A stretch of 64,000 bases of DNA from IMG/VR virus record IMGVR_UViG_3300042691_032227. One strand, 5' to 3'. The DNA comes from an uncultured virus (IMG/VR IMGVR_UViG_3300042691_032227). Taxonomy: Duplodnaviria > Heunggongvirae > Uroviricota > Caudoviricetes. A program made the position numbers and the translations under genes. Positions 8,909 through 20,300 of this stretch are shown one piece after another. The notes under the pieces are model-generated. The model did no database searches. It saw only the letters and a list, made by a program, of their open reading frames with translations, and was not told the DNA's origin. Position 1 is the stretch's first letter. The number at the start of each line of letters is the position of its first letter.

Positions 8909-10612
8909 ATGAGTACTAATATATCTACCATAGTAAAAAACTCGGGCAATTTAGCATCGAATATGATGACATCTTTTAAAGGTGTTGATACTAATTTTCT
9001 TAAATTAGCAGTTGTTGTAGACATTATATTAGATGATAAACATCCTTTTTTTGGAAAAACCACAGATAACGTAAATTCACAACCGCCTCCAACAATAAAA
9101 TATCAACAGATACCCGTAAACTATGAAAATACGATACCCTCGCCTTCTGATACGGACTATAGTTACATAGGAAGAGCTAAAGTACGTATTCTTGGAGAAG
9201 AACAACAAACAGCGTATGAAAAATTACCATGGGCAATTGCCATGGATAATACTATAACACAGTTGCCTCTCATAAATGAACAAGTATTGGTATTGAAGAT
9301 TGGTGAAACTTATTATTATACAAAACCATTTAATAGATTTAATTATCTAGGTACAAACGGAGACTTTGTGACGGAAAAGTCAAATAGTGACAAGAATAAA
9401 AGTGCAGTACCCTACTTGTTACCACCAAATCGAAAAAGTTATGTAAGTCATCCAGCATTTTTATCGATAAACCAAAACGGTTACTTTGGAAATTATTTCA
9501 TACTTAATCCATTTATACGTAGTATTAGAAAATTTGAGGGGGATACACTAATTGAAAGTAGATTCGGTCAATCCATACGTTTCAGTGCTTATGATGACGA
9601 TAGATTTAATGATAAAGGAGCATATCCATCATATGCTTTACTTGGAAATTTACTCAAAGAGTCATCCGAAGGTGGTTACGGTAATCCAAAGTTAACTATA
9701 CGCAATCGTCAACGTAATATAGCACAGAAAAAACCACAACAACTTCATCCTAAATTGCCTCCTATACCGGCTATTTCACCGTGGGAGAAAAATTATGGAG
9801 GTGAAATAGATGAAGATGTAAACAATGATGGTAGTACCATACAAATAACTAGTGGATATACTGTAAGTGCTTGGCAAACAACTGTATATAAAAGTATCTT
9901 TGGTATCACGAGCGATAATAAACCAACGGAGGAACAAGCTAGATTCAATCCAAATGGATCTACTCAATTTAAATTTCCAATTTTAGAAGGCGATCAAATT
10001 GTTATAAATACAGATAGATTGGTGTTGAGTAGTAGATTTGCAGAAACGTTTCATTTTAGTAAAAAACGTTATGCTGTTGCTACTGATAGTGAATATACTG
10101 TTGATGCAAATGATAATGTTGTTATTACAACAAACAACGTAGCTTGTATAAACGCCCCTCAAATATTTTTGGGTCAATATGGTGAAACAAATGAACCTGC
10201 TTTATTAGGTCAAACAACTGTAGATTGGATGTATGATCTTTGTAACTGGTTATTAGATCACGTACATTGGTACCACCACGTACATCCACATCCGCACGGT
10301 CATGAAGATGCTGGCAAAATTAACGCAGAAAATACAAACGATGCTGTTCCTGATCAAACACAAATACCTGTACAACAAATTAAGCTTAAATTGTTGAGAG
10401 ATAATTTACACAAAACTCTAAGTAGAAGAGTATTTGTTACCGGCGGAGGATATGCTCCTGGTAGTAATGGAGTCAAGCCACCAGGCAGTGGTGGAGAGTG
10501 TAAAGATCCGATCAATATCAATACCGTTACAGGTCAAGGAGTTATCGGTGATTTCAAAGGTAGAAATCGTCGTGAAGGTCCAGTACAAGTTGAATTTGAA
10601 TTTGAGAATTAA
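8909..10612 (+). CDS. Baseplate central spike/hub protein (gp5/gpV-like)
   Basis: OB-fold-like LPLINEQVLV, EGDTLIESRFGQSIRFS, QIVINTDRLVLSS beta-helix-like repeats, His-rich HxH tip; baseplate context. Confidence 0.6.
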   Translation: MSTNISTIVKNSGNLASNMMTSFKGVDTNFLKLAVVVDIILDDKHPFFGKTTDNVNSQPPPTIKYQQIPVNYENTIPSPSDTDYSYIGRAKVRILGEEQQTAYEKLPWAIAMDNTITQLPLINEQVLVLKIGETYYYTKPFNRFNYLGTNGDFVTEKSNSDKNKSAVPYLLPPNRKSYVSHPAFLSINQNGYFGNYFILNPFIRSIRKFEGDTLIESRFGQSIRFSAYDDDRFNDKGAYPSYALLGNLLKESSEGGYGNPKLTIRNRQRNIAQKKPQQLHPKLPPIPAISPWEKNYGGEIDEDVNNDGSTIQITSGYTVSAWQTTVYKSIFGITSDNKPTEEQARFNPNGSTQFKFPILEGDQIVINTDRLVLSSRFAETFHFSKKRYAVATDSEYTVDANDNVVITTNNVACINAPQIFLGQYGETNEPALLGQTTVDWMYDLCNWLLDHVHWYHHVHPHPHGHEDAGKINAENTNDAVPDQTQIPVQQIKLKLLRDNLHKTLSRRVFVTGGGYAPGSNGVKPPGSGGECKDPININTVTGQGVIGDFKGRNRREGPVQVEFEFEN

Positions 10613-10615
10613 TAT

Positions 10616-12295
10616 ATGGCAAACGAATCAAACTTTAACTATCCAACTGTAGATCTTCTGGGTAATTTACAGTCGAGTAAAACTCGTACCAAAGCAATAA
10701 AACAAAACGAAATACCGTATTATGTTGCTTTTTTTGGAGGATATCCTGTATATGCTGATACGTTGGAACAATTAAAAAAATTTGTTGCATCTTCTTCACT
10801 ATCAGCCGAAATAAAAAACAACGTTGCGAATCTTACTAACAAAACATGGGAAGATGTTAACGTAGCATTTTTAAGACCTAAAACTGCCGTTAGCCCAATT
10901 TATTTTAAAAATGAAAAACAAGAATATGTTTTTATTTTTGATGTTATTTATAGAGATTGGTATAAGAAAGAATATGACGGTCCTAACGATTCGTTTTTAA
11001 AAGCAGCTGCTAGACCAGTAACTACTCCTGATAAACCTTATAATTGGTTTCAAAATAATTGGTTAACTTATATACTTTCATCTGAAACCGAGTTATTACA
11101 GGGTAATTTTGTACAAGAAAATAGACTTGGATTTTCAAAAATAGCTACAGGTGGTTATGTAAAAAGTCAACAAGAAACTTATCAGTATGTAACAACTCTT
11201 TTCAACGGTTTAAAAGAAAAAGCACAAAATGGAACTCTTCCACCCGATGCTAGAAAAGATTTCGGATCTGTTTTTAATTTACCTACCGATCCTGATCCTG
11301 CTTTGCCAGGTCCACAAACACAAACTATATCAGGTGTAACAAATAAAGCGCCTGTAGTAGATAATCCAAATATAAAACTACCTTCTCAAGAAGTTAAAGG
11401 GTTGGATGCAAATGCAGCGCAACAAGCAGCAACACAGGCGCAAGGCGCAGCATCTAATGCATTGTCTCAAGCACAAAATGCAGCTGGAGGATTAGCTTCT
11501 CAAGCACAAGGAGCAGCTTCACAGGCACAGAGTACATTGGAAGGTGCTGCTGGTCAAGCACAAGGTGTTTTAGGAAATGCACAACAATCTGCCGGAGGAG
11601 TTTTAAGTAATTTGTCATCCGGAGTTAAAGGTGCTTTGGGAGGCGGTGCTTTAGGAGCCGGTATAGGTGCTTTGGCCGGAGGTGGAAAAGGTGCTTTAAT
11701 TGGAGCAGGTGCTGGAGTTTTAGCCGGTGGTATTGCTGGTAGTATAGTAGATAAACTCAATCCGAAAGGTATTGTACCGGACGGTATGGGTAAAGATTGG
11801 TCTCCAGATAAAGTTAGTCCCGAATCATTTGCTGGAAATGATAAATTTGTAGATCCTAAAACAGGTATGATTGGATCTACCTCCAAATTAGCCGCCGGAT
11901 TAAAAGGCGGATTATTGGGAGGTGGGTTAGGTGCTGGTATAGGAGCTTTGGCAGGTGGTGGTAAGGGAGCTTTAATAGGAGGATTAAGTGGTACTGCTTT
12001 GGGTGCTGGTTTATCAGTGGGAGGTATAACAGGTGGAGCTTTAGCTGGAGGTGGATTGGGAGCCGGTATTGGAGGATTGGTTGGAGGAGGAAAAGGAGCG
12101 GTGATAGGAGCAGTTTCAGGCGGAGCTGTTGGAGCGGCAGCTGCAAAGTTGGCCAGTGTACAAAAAGGATTACCAAAACCAAAAATACCAAAACCACCAA
12201 GTACACCTCGTATAAAGACAATAAAAATACCAAGACCATCCGATGCAAAAGGAGCAACAGATTTATTAAATTTACCTAAATCTAGTTTAGGTTAA
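10616..12295 (+). CDS. Glycine-zipper repeat protein
   Basis: Ala/Gln helical tract, then several GGxLGAGIGALAGGGKGALIG units; Pro/Lys tail. Confidence 0.7.
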   Translation: MANESNFNYPTVDLLGNLQSSKTRTKAIKQNEIPYYVAFFGGYPVYADTLEQLKKFVASSSLSAEIKNNVANLTNKTWEDVNVAFLRPKTAVSPIYFKNEKQEYVFIFDVIYRDWYKKEYDGPNDSFLKAAARPVTTPDKPYNWFQNNWLTYILSSETELLQGNFVQENRLGFSKIATGGYVKSQQETYQYVTTLFNGLKEKAQNGTLPPDARKDFGSVFNLPTDPDPALPGPQTQTISGVTNKAPVVDNPNIKLPSQEVKGLDANAAQQAATQAQGAASNALSQAQNAAGGLASQAQGAASQAQSTLEGAAGQAQGVLGNAQQSAGGVLSNLSSGVKGALGGGALGAGIGALAGGGKGALIGAGAGVLAGGIAGSIVDKLNPKGIVPDGMGKDWSPDKVSPESFAGNDKFVDPKTGMIGSTSKLAAGLKGGLLGGGLGAGIGALAGGGKGALIGGLSGTALGAGLSVGGITGGALAGGGLGAGIGGLVGGGKGAVIGAVSGGAVGAAAAKLASVQKGLPKPKIPKPPSTPRIKTIKIPRPSDAKGATDLLNLPKSSLG

Positions 12296-12312
12296 TAATT
12301 ATATATAATAGT

Positions 12313-12789
12313 ATGAAAATAGAAGTATTAAAAGAATTCATCAAAAAAACAGTACAACAAGAAGTACGTAATGTGATTCAAGCTGAACTTAAACTTCAGT
12401 TAGCAGAAATATTCTCTAAAGAAGTGAGTCAAACTAAAAAGAAAAACCCCGATTCTGATTTGGAACAACAAATTTTAAGAGAATTGGAAACTATGGGTGA
12501 ATCTTCTACTATTGAAGAAGAAGTCAAACCAGCTAAAAAGTTTGTTAAATATACCAATAATCCTTTATTGAATGATATTCTCAATCAAACCACTGGTGGA
12601 GTACCTCAAGAAGGCGGTATGGTCAGTATGTTAGGGGGATATGGCGGTGGAAGTGGAACTCAAGAAGTTATTACAGAAACCAAAGCACCAGAAAATGCTC
12701 CTGAACCAGTTAAAAGTGTATATACTGCTATGAACCGAGACTATAGATCATTAATGAAAGCGGTAAACAAGAAAAAAGGTGAAAAATAA
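12313..12789 (+). CDS. Hypothetical protein
   Basis: 158-aa ORF in baseplate cluster. Confidence 0.75.
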   Translation: MKIEVLKEFIKKTVQQEVRNVIQAELKLQLAEIFSKEVSQTKKKNPDSDLEQQILRELETMGESSTIEEEVKPAKKFVKYTNNPLLNDILNQTTGGVPQEGGMVSMLGGYGGGSGTQEVITETKAPENAPEPVKSVYTAMNRDYRSLMKAVNKKKGEK

Positions 12790-12797
12790 GGTAACTA

Positions 12798-13199
12798 ATG
12801 GCTACACCTAAAAAAGCAATAGGTTTGTCACTACCAATACAACTTGGTAATGAGGGATATTTTGCTACAAACAAAGATACCATTTCTCAGATAGCAGATA
12901 ATATACAAAATTTATTGTTAACTGCACCTGGTGAACGTAGATTTAACAACAGTTTTGGTTCAGGATTGTATAACTTGCTTTTTCAACCAATTGAAAGTGA
13001 TGTTACTAATGAAATGATTGTTGATGTAATACAACGAGATGTAGATAAGTATATTAATGGTACTACAATTCTAAAGGTAGAATTATCTCCACAACAACCA
13101 GAAAATAATGATAAAAATTCAATATTTATAAGTATTACATTTAGATATAACAATACTATAGGTACAACCCAACTAAATTTGGAAGGTAATAGAATATAA
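12798..13199 (+). CDS. Baseplate wedge / sheath initiator (gp25-like)
   Basis: NIQNLLLTAPGERRFNNSFGSGLYNLLF motif of the GPW/gp25 family. Confidence 0.88.
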   Translation: MATPKKAIGLSLPIQLGNEGYFATNKDTISQIADNIQNLLLTAPGERRFNNSFGSGLYNLLFQPIESDVTNEMIVDVIQRDVDKYINGTTILKVELSPQQPENNDKNSIFISITFRYNNTIGTTQLNLEGNRI

Positions 13200-15178
13200 T
13201 GTCAAAATTAATTAACAAAACGTTTAATGCAAATACAAAAGATATAAATTATCTTAATAGAGATTTTGCATCTTTACGTCAACAACTAATCGACTTTACT
13301 AAACAATATTACCCTCAAAGTTATAAAGATTTTAGTGAAAGTTCACCAGGTCAAATTTTTATAGAACAAGCAGCATATGTTGGTGACGTTCTTTCGTACT
13401 ATACGGATCAACAATTTTTTGAAAGTTTTCTACAATTTGCTCAAGATCGTAGAAATATTATCAACGGTGCAAAGTTTTTGGGATATAAACCAAAAGTAGC
13501 ATCGGCTTCTTCTACAATAGTAGATATATTTCAATTACTACCAGCAACACGTTCAAAAGATAATTTATATAGTCCAGACGAACGTTATTGTTTGATATTA
13601 AAACCTTTTACACAGTTGTCAAGTGTATCAGGTGTTAATTTCATAATAGAAGATAGTATTGATTTTAGTCAAGATACAAAATTCTCTCCTAGAGAAATAA
13701 CAGTATATAGTCGTGACAATACAGGAGCTCCACAATTTTACTTGATTAAGAAATCAGCAAAGGCTTATTCTGGAACATTAGTAGTAAAACAGTTTTCAGT
13801 GGGTGATCAAGTTCCGTTTTATACAATTAAATTGGATGAGACCAATGTTTTAAAAATTGTAAATGTTATCGATAGTAATAACACAAACTACTATGAAGTA
13901 GATTATTTAGCACAAGATACTATTCCTGTAGAATTAGATAATGTGCCACTAAACAATCAAACACTTTCACAGTATAGAAGTGAAACTCCTAAGATACTTA
14001 AGTATTTAAGAACTGAAAGAAGATTTGTAACTACAATTGATGAGAATAATCAAACCACTATTCAGTTTGGAGCAAATACTGAAAATTATGACAATACAAT
14101 CATAATTCCTAATCCATCTAATATTGGCGTATCACTTTCCAACTTAAAAAATCTGAATATTTCTTTGGACAATACAAACGTTCTAAAAGCTAATTCTTAT
14201 GGTGTTTCTCCCTCAAATACAACTTTAACAATTACATATATTGTGGGTGGAGGTTTAAATTCAAACGTAAATTCAAGTGAAATCAATAGTATTACTGCTG
14301 TATCATATTTGAATGACGTTACTGCATTGACTGATAGTGAAGTGACTTTATTAAATACTATTAAAAATTCTTTACGTGTTAATAACGTTGAATCATCTAC
14401 CGGCGGAGATGACGCTGAATCTAACGAAGAGATAAGACAGAACGCAATATTGAATTTTTCAACTCAAAATCGTATGGTTACAGAGGACGATTTCTTGTTG
14501 AGAGTTTATGCTTTGCCACCACAACTCGGAAACATCGCTAAAGCTTATGTACAAAGTAATCTTACGAGAGAAGTACAATATAACGGATTAATAACTGGTG
14601 TTTTAAATGTAAATAACAACTCTACTATAGATTTGACGCCTTTAAATCCACTTGATAGAAGAAAGTTTTTACAATCAAACAATCCGTTTACAAATAATCT
14701 ATATTTGTTAGGTTACGATGCAAATAAAAATCTTACACAAGTAAATCCAGCAACACTTCAAAACTTAGTTGCTTATTTACAAAATTATAAAATTCTAACT
14801 GATAAAATCAATATAGTAGACGGATATATTATTAATATAGGAGTACAATTTAAAATTACAGTATTTAAAGGTTTCAATAAATCTGAAGTACTAAATAATT
14901 GTATTCAATCTGTAAAGAATTTCTTTGATATTGATAATTGGAGTTTTAATCAACCAATCAATTTGAGTCAAATCAATTTTGAAATAATGCAAAATGAAGG
15001 TGTACAATCCGTGAGTGAGATTGTAGTTAAAAATTTAACTATAGACGATGGTAATTATTCGCCAGTAGCTTACGATATAGATATTGCAACTCAAAATAAT
15101 ATAGTATATCCGCCAAAAGATCCGGCAATATTTGAAGTAAAATACATGGATTCTGACATTAAAGGACTTGTAGTATAA
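13199..15178 (+). CDS. Baseplate wedge subunit (T4 gp6 / baseplate J-like)
   Basis: NYLNRDFASLRQQLI..YKDFSESSPG..AYVGDVLSYYTD..LGYKP; TGGDDAESNEEIRQNA..QNRMVT. Confidence 0.85.
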   Translation: MSKLINKTFNANTKDINYLNRDFASLRQQLIDFTKQYYPQSYKDFSESSPGQIFIEQAAYVGDVLSYYTDQQFFESFLQFAQDRRNIINGAKFLGYKPKVASASSTIVDIFQLLPATRSKDNLYSPDERYCLILKPFTQLSSVSGVNFIIEDSIDFSQDTKFSPREITVYSRDNTGAPQFYLIKKSAKAYSGTLVVKQFSVGDQVPFYTIKLDETNVLKIVNVIDSNNTNYYEVDYLAQDTIPVELDNVPLNNQTLSQYRSETPKILKYLRTERRFVTTIDENNQTTIQFGANTENYDNTIIIPNPSNIGVSLSNLKNLNISLDNTNVLKANSYGVSPSNTTLTITYIVGGGLNSNVNSSEINSITAVSYLNDVTALTDSEVTLLNTIKNSLRVNNVESSTGGDDAESNEEIRQNAILNFSTQNRMVTEDDFLLRVYALPPQLGNIAKAYVQSNLTREVQYNGLITGVLNVNNNSTIDLTPLNPLDRRKFLQSNNPFTNNLYLLGYDANKNLTQVNPATLQNLVAYLQNYKILTDKINIVDGYIINIGVQFKITVFKGFNKSEVLNNCIQSVKNFFDIDNWSFNQPINLSQINFEIMQNEGVQSVSEIVVKNLTIDDGNYSPVAYDIDIATQNNIVYPPKDPAIFEVKYMDSDIKGLVV

Positions 15179-15179
15179 T

Positions 15180-16847
15180 ATGCACACATTTATTTATCCA
15201 TCTCAAGACACCTACATAAACAATTCACCTGAGTTTATTAATAAAAACTTCGGGATTGATGAGATTCTTGAAATATACGCATCAAACAAAGGTACTACAA
15301 CTGTATATACCGATCCAAACTGGCATACAGCTCCTCTTACCGCTTCTTCATATGGTAACAACGGATGGTTAGCTTATACTACGTCATCATTGTTTATTTA
15401 TTCTGGAAGCAAATGGTATGCTTATGATTTGACTTCATCTGTCATTCCATTTACTTCGTTTATTTCTAATTTTACAGGCAGACTATCAAATGTAACTACA
15501 AATCCAAAAAGAGCATTGTATATTTCTGGATCCGCTACATATGCTTCCGGTTCCTTTAGTGGAAGTATTACTTCTTCACTGTGTATTTCATCATCTTACA
15601 GTGGAAGTTTTATTAGTACAAGCTTTAGAGGCATAATTAACACAGTAACATCTAGCAATTCTTACTATGTGGATGTGGTAAATTTTGCTGGATACTTTAA
15701 AGGACAATATTCTGGATCATTTACTAGACCATCAACCGCAACTTATTTAAATTATCCAGAATTTTCAAGAACATTTATTAAGTTTGATATAACAGAGTTG
15801 AGTCAATCGGTTGCAAGTAACAATATTAGTGGTTCAAACATTAAATTTACATTAAACTTGAAGTCGTGTGGTGCTAGAAACTTGCCACTTAACTATAAAA
15901 TTTATGCATATCCAATCAGTCAAAGTTGGAATAATGGAAATGGTAGATATGCCGACGGTGGATCTCAACTTGGAGCTAGTTGGAACTACAAAAACTATGA
16001 CGGAAATGGGATTTGGTATGGTAGTCAAATAACAAATAGCTATCAACAAGTAGATTATTTATTGACATCCTCATATTCCAGTGCAAGTTTTGAAAATCAA
16101 GGAGGTACATGGTTTTACAAAGTTCCAGCTTCTTATATCAATAAACCAAAGTGGATTTGTAACTCTACGAAATATCCTTCATTGGTAAATGCAAGTTTAA
16201 TTTGCAGTCAATCGTTTAATTATGGCCAACAAAGTGATGTAACAATGGACATCACCCGAATTGTTAGATCGTGGTTATGTGGATGTGTACCTAATCAAGG
16301 CTTAATATTGATTAGTTCTTTAGAACTTTCTACTCCGCCATTACAAGAAACAAATGGACTATTACAGTTCTTTAGTAGAGATACAAACACAATTTATAGT
16401 CCATATATTGACGTTGCTTGGGATGACAGTGTATTTAATACCGGAAGTTTAGCTCCTATTACAGGATCTATTCAAAATTTGATTACATTAAACTATTTGA
16501 AAGATGCTTATAAAGCCGGTAGTTTACCTAAAATCTATGTATTTGCTAGAGATAGATATCCTTTGAAGAATTTTCAAAAAGCATATCAACAACCATCGAT
16601 GGTTACACCTAAATACTTACCTACATCCTCATATTATATGATTAAGGATGCTGAGTCAGAAGAGGTTTTGGTAGGATTTGATCAATATACAAAATTAAGT
16701 TGTGATCCTAATAATGGAAATTATTTTAAGTTACAAACAACAGGATTACCACAGGAAAGATATTTGAAAATATTTATTAAGGTTGAATATGCTGACGGAA
16801 CAGTAGATATTGCTGATACCCAGAAGGTATTTAAAATAACAAGATAA
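15180..16847 (+). CDS. Virion structural protein (DNRLRE-like beta-sandwich)
   Basis: QDTYI..NFGIDEILEI, SRTFIKFDI, QFFSRDT..PYIDVAW; Ser/Gly-rich insert. Confidence 0.55.
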   Translation: MHTFIYPSQDTYINNSPEFINKNFGIDEILEIYASNKGTTTVYTDPNWHTAPLTASSYGNNGWLAYTTSSLFIYSGSKWYAYDLTSSVIPFTSFISNFTGRLSNVTTNPKRALYISGSATYASGSFSGSITSSLCISSSYSGSFISTSFRGIINTVTSSNSYYVDVVNFAGYFKGQYSGSFTRPSTATYLNYPEFSRTFIKFDITELSQSVASNNISGSNIKFTLNLKSCGARNLPLNYKIYAYPISQSWNNGNGRYADGGSQLGASWNYKNYDGNGIWYGSQITNSYQQVDYLLTSSYSSASFENQGGTWFYKVPASYINKPKWICNSTKYPSLVNASLICSQSFNYGQQSDVTMDITRIVRSWLCGCVPNQGLILISSLELSTPPLQETNGLLQFFSRDTNTIYSPYIDVAWDDSVFNTGSLAPITGSIQNLITLNYLKDAYKAGSLPKIYVFARDRYPLKNFQKAYQQPSMVTPKYLPTSSYYMIKDAESEEVLVGFDQYTKLSCDPNNGNYFKLQTTGLPQERYLKIFIKVEYADGTVDIADTQKVFKITR

Positions 16848-16848
16848 T

Positions 16849-17325
16849 ATGGCAAATATCCCACTAAATTACGATGTAGCTGTTGATGAAGTAAGTACCT
16901 TTAAAACATTTGGCACCTTCTCCAACAATACAGATTCTTTTGGAAATTTACAATTAGTTTATTCAGTAGCACAGTCTGTAAATGCAAATGTGAATTATGT
17001 TAAAGTACCATTAAAAACATTTGTTTATAATGAAAATAAAATTGTAGATTCAAATACGTCAGATTTTACAGAATTACAAACTCCTGAAACTCAACAAAAA
17101 CAAAATGTTAATGAGTTACTACAACAATACAACGAATTATTAGCTGAAAATAGAATTTTGAATCAAACAGTCAATGGTCTTGTTGAAAAGTATGAAAATA
17201 ACGATGACAAACAAGTAATTGACGCTCAAAAGAATACTATTATTGCATTGAGAATACAATTGGGACAAGGAAATGTTCCTTCAGATTTTTCAGATGACTT
17301 TCCGTTTTTACCTTTAGAATCATAA
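16849..17325 (+). CDS. Hypothetical protein with coiled coil
   Basis: 158-aa ORF tightly packed in the structural operon. Confidence 0.7.
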   Translation: MANIPLNYDVAVDEVSTFKTFGTFSNNTDSFGNLQLVYSVAQSVNANVNYVKVPLKTFVYNENKIVDSNTSDFTELQTPETQQKQNVNELLQQYNELLAENRILNQTVNGLVEKYENNDDKQVIDAQKNTIIALRIQLGQGNVPSDFSDDFPFLPLES

Positions 17326-17326
17326 T

Positions 17327-20300
17327 ATGCCTTACGATTATTTAACAATCAACGAACAAGATTTAGCTTATGGCATAGTAAGTGCTTCATATTTTGATAG
17401 CAATTTACAATCTTTATACGAACAACAAATATTGAATACCGAAGAATTTTTCGGGGATTCAAATGATGATATTATAGAACTAAGTGTTTATAATAGCAAT
17501 CAACAACCAATATCTTTTGATAGAATAATTCCAAGTACGACTTTTAGTATCGTAGAATCAAGTTATAGAGATATAAATAATCAACAATTATCCTATAGAG
17601 TAGCAAATCCATTTACGAATTATGCTTTATATAAAAATGAGTTGTTATTACATTCTCAATTTGATTTACAATTTAATCAACTAAGTCCCGGTTTATATTA
17701 TACTTTATACAATCCTGTTAGAAATATTGCTGGTAATACAACCAATAGATTGTTTATAAAGGAAATATCTCCTAGTAGGACCGAAATACGTTTATCATTC
17801 GCATTTAATACAGCTCTAAATGAAACAAACAGATTAGATGCTGTGAAAATTTCAGCATTTGCTGAGAAGAAATACATATTCTTACAAATTGTAGATGAAA
17901 TCATTCCAATAATTGATAAAAATCCAATTGACAATAGTTTCAACTCGGAAATCAATAATTTTAATTATTTTAAATATGCACAGTTACTTGGATTTAAATC
18001 TGTTGCTGAACTACAAGAATTTATCAATTTGATTTACGTCGGTTATGATAAAAATATTAATTTATCATCGGATCCTGATGCGGTTATAACCCAAAACATT
18101 AAATTTGTTGGTATTGCAGAACAACTTAGAAACTTCGTTTATCAATATAACGAAGTTGAATTTACGAAAGAAGAAATACTCAATGCATTTCAAATTATTG
18201 TTACAAAAGTAAGTCAAGATGCTATATTACAAAGAACTACGTTAACTGATATTGATTTACAAGAAACATTAAATGTATTTGTACAAGTAGTTTTTAACGA
18301 TTGGATATCACCCCAAACATCGGATTTATTAGATAAATACTTTAATAAGTTTTACGCATTTTTTAAGAATGCATTAAATTTTGATAATGGCAATCTGGTT
18401 AAGATTTTAAATCACACTAGTTATTTTAATCCTGTAGATGGTCGTGTTAATGTACAGATTAAGTTGGATCAACCTCTACCTTTGCAGTATAGTATAAAAG
18501 ATACGTGTTGGATATCTAATATATCTTTAGCTCCACTATACTTTAAAGTTAATTTATATACAGCTCCAGTTTCAAGAAAAGTCTTTTTAAATGGTGTAAA
18601 TTTTAGTGTTGCCGTACCTACCGTCAATCCTACAAACGATAATTTTAGAGACGATAAATCTAATACATTATTTGCCGCAGAATCTCGTTTACAACAAAAA
18701 ATAAATGACTTGTTGATAAATTATACAGACTTTAACAACTTCATAAATTTTTCTTCTGCTGAATTAAGAACCAAGATTGCTAAAAGCAAGTTGTCTAAGT
18801 ATCAATCATATAATTCTACGAAGAATAATATCAAAACGAAAGCAAATGCTACAACCAACACATCGATATCAGCTTCATATTCACAAGATTTAAAAATTGT
18901 AATTGAAGAACAAATTTCTTTGTTGAATAGTTTTGATGAATATGAATCATATCTATTTTACTATACGGGTAGTATAGATGATAAATTAGAAGAGGGTATA
19001 AATTATGATAAAAATAATTTTAACAGCCTTTTTTATCAATTGCCAGACTATATTAAGAGTGAAGCTGCGTATGGTGATTATGTAAAATTTACAGCAATGG
19101 TTGGACATTTTTTTGATAATATTCTTGTGTTTATCAAAAAGTTTCCAAAATCATATCCAATCGATTATAATGATAATAATCACTATCCGAAAAATTACAT
19201 TGAAGAATTATTAAATAATTTCAATTGGGACGTTACAAATGTTAAGTTTAATAGAAGTAATATACCACAATTGTTATTTGATCAAACACAGTTAACAGGC
19301 AGTTTGTCTTCTTCATATTTTACGTATGCTAAATCTATATTCAATCGTATAACGAATAATTTACCATACATTTATAAAACGAAGGGTACATCTGATTCTT
19401 TCAATTTGATTAGAACCATATTTGGTGTTTCTTCCGATTTAATAAACGTAGTAGAATATACAAGTCCAGATGTATTGGCTAACAGAAATGTTTTTTATGA
19501 TTTTGATGATATCATCTATGCCGCTACATTTGAAACGGATCAATTTATAAATTTCAATTTTACTGGCAGTGAATATAAGATATTTGCTGGACAACAATTT
19601 TACAGTGGAAGTTACAGTCAACTAACACGTTCATGTGTAGAAAGATTTACAGGTGTATCTACGGTAGAATGTACGTTTAGATCATCAGACTTTACAAAAT
19701 ATAATTTTAGAGATAGAATTCCTATAATTAAAAAGTTAAGAAACGATAAAGTCGATTGGCAAGTTTATTTGTATAAAACAAAACAAGCACAATCTGCTAA
19801 GTTAATATTTGAACTTACTCCAATTGAGTCTTTAATTACTTCAAGTATTTCTAGTATCGAATTACCTTATTTAAATGGTGATTTTTATACATTTATGTTG
19901 AGAAAACAACCAAATGAAACAATTGAATTTGATTCTTTATATATTGTATCTCAATCGAATGCGCTTACTCAATCATTAACGTCCTCAGCGGCAGATAAAT
20001 ATGTTCCTCATACATATACATTGAAAGTAAATCAATATTATGGAACTCAATTGAATTTTACTGACACGCAAAACAAAACTATATTATATAATCAAAATCA
20101 ATATTTTTCGTCCGGAAGTTATTATGTCGGAAACTTTTCTTCTTCAATACAATTCTATGGAAATATTGATAAGGTCAAGGTTCAAAAATACGCATTGAAC
20201 GATGCTGATTTTCGAGAACACTCTTATAATTTGAATTCAATTTCTATACCGGAAAAGTCTTTAGTATATGAAAATATGTATTATCTTTGGAGTTTTGATA

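Noticed and set aside
11554..12257. Reverse-strand ORFs over the glycine-zipper gene
   Set aside because: Shadows of Gly/Ala codon repeats
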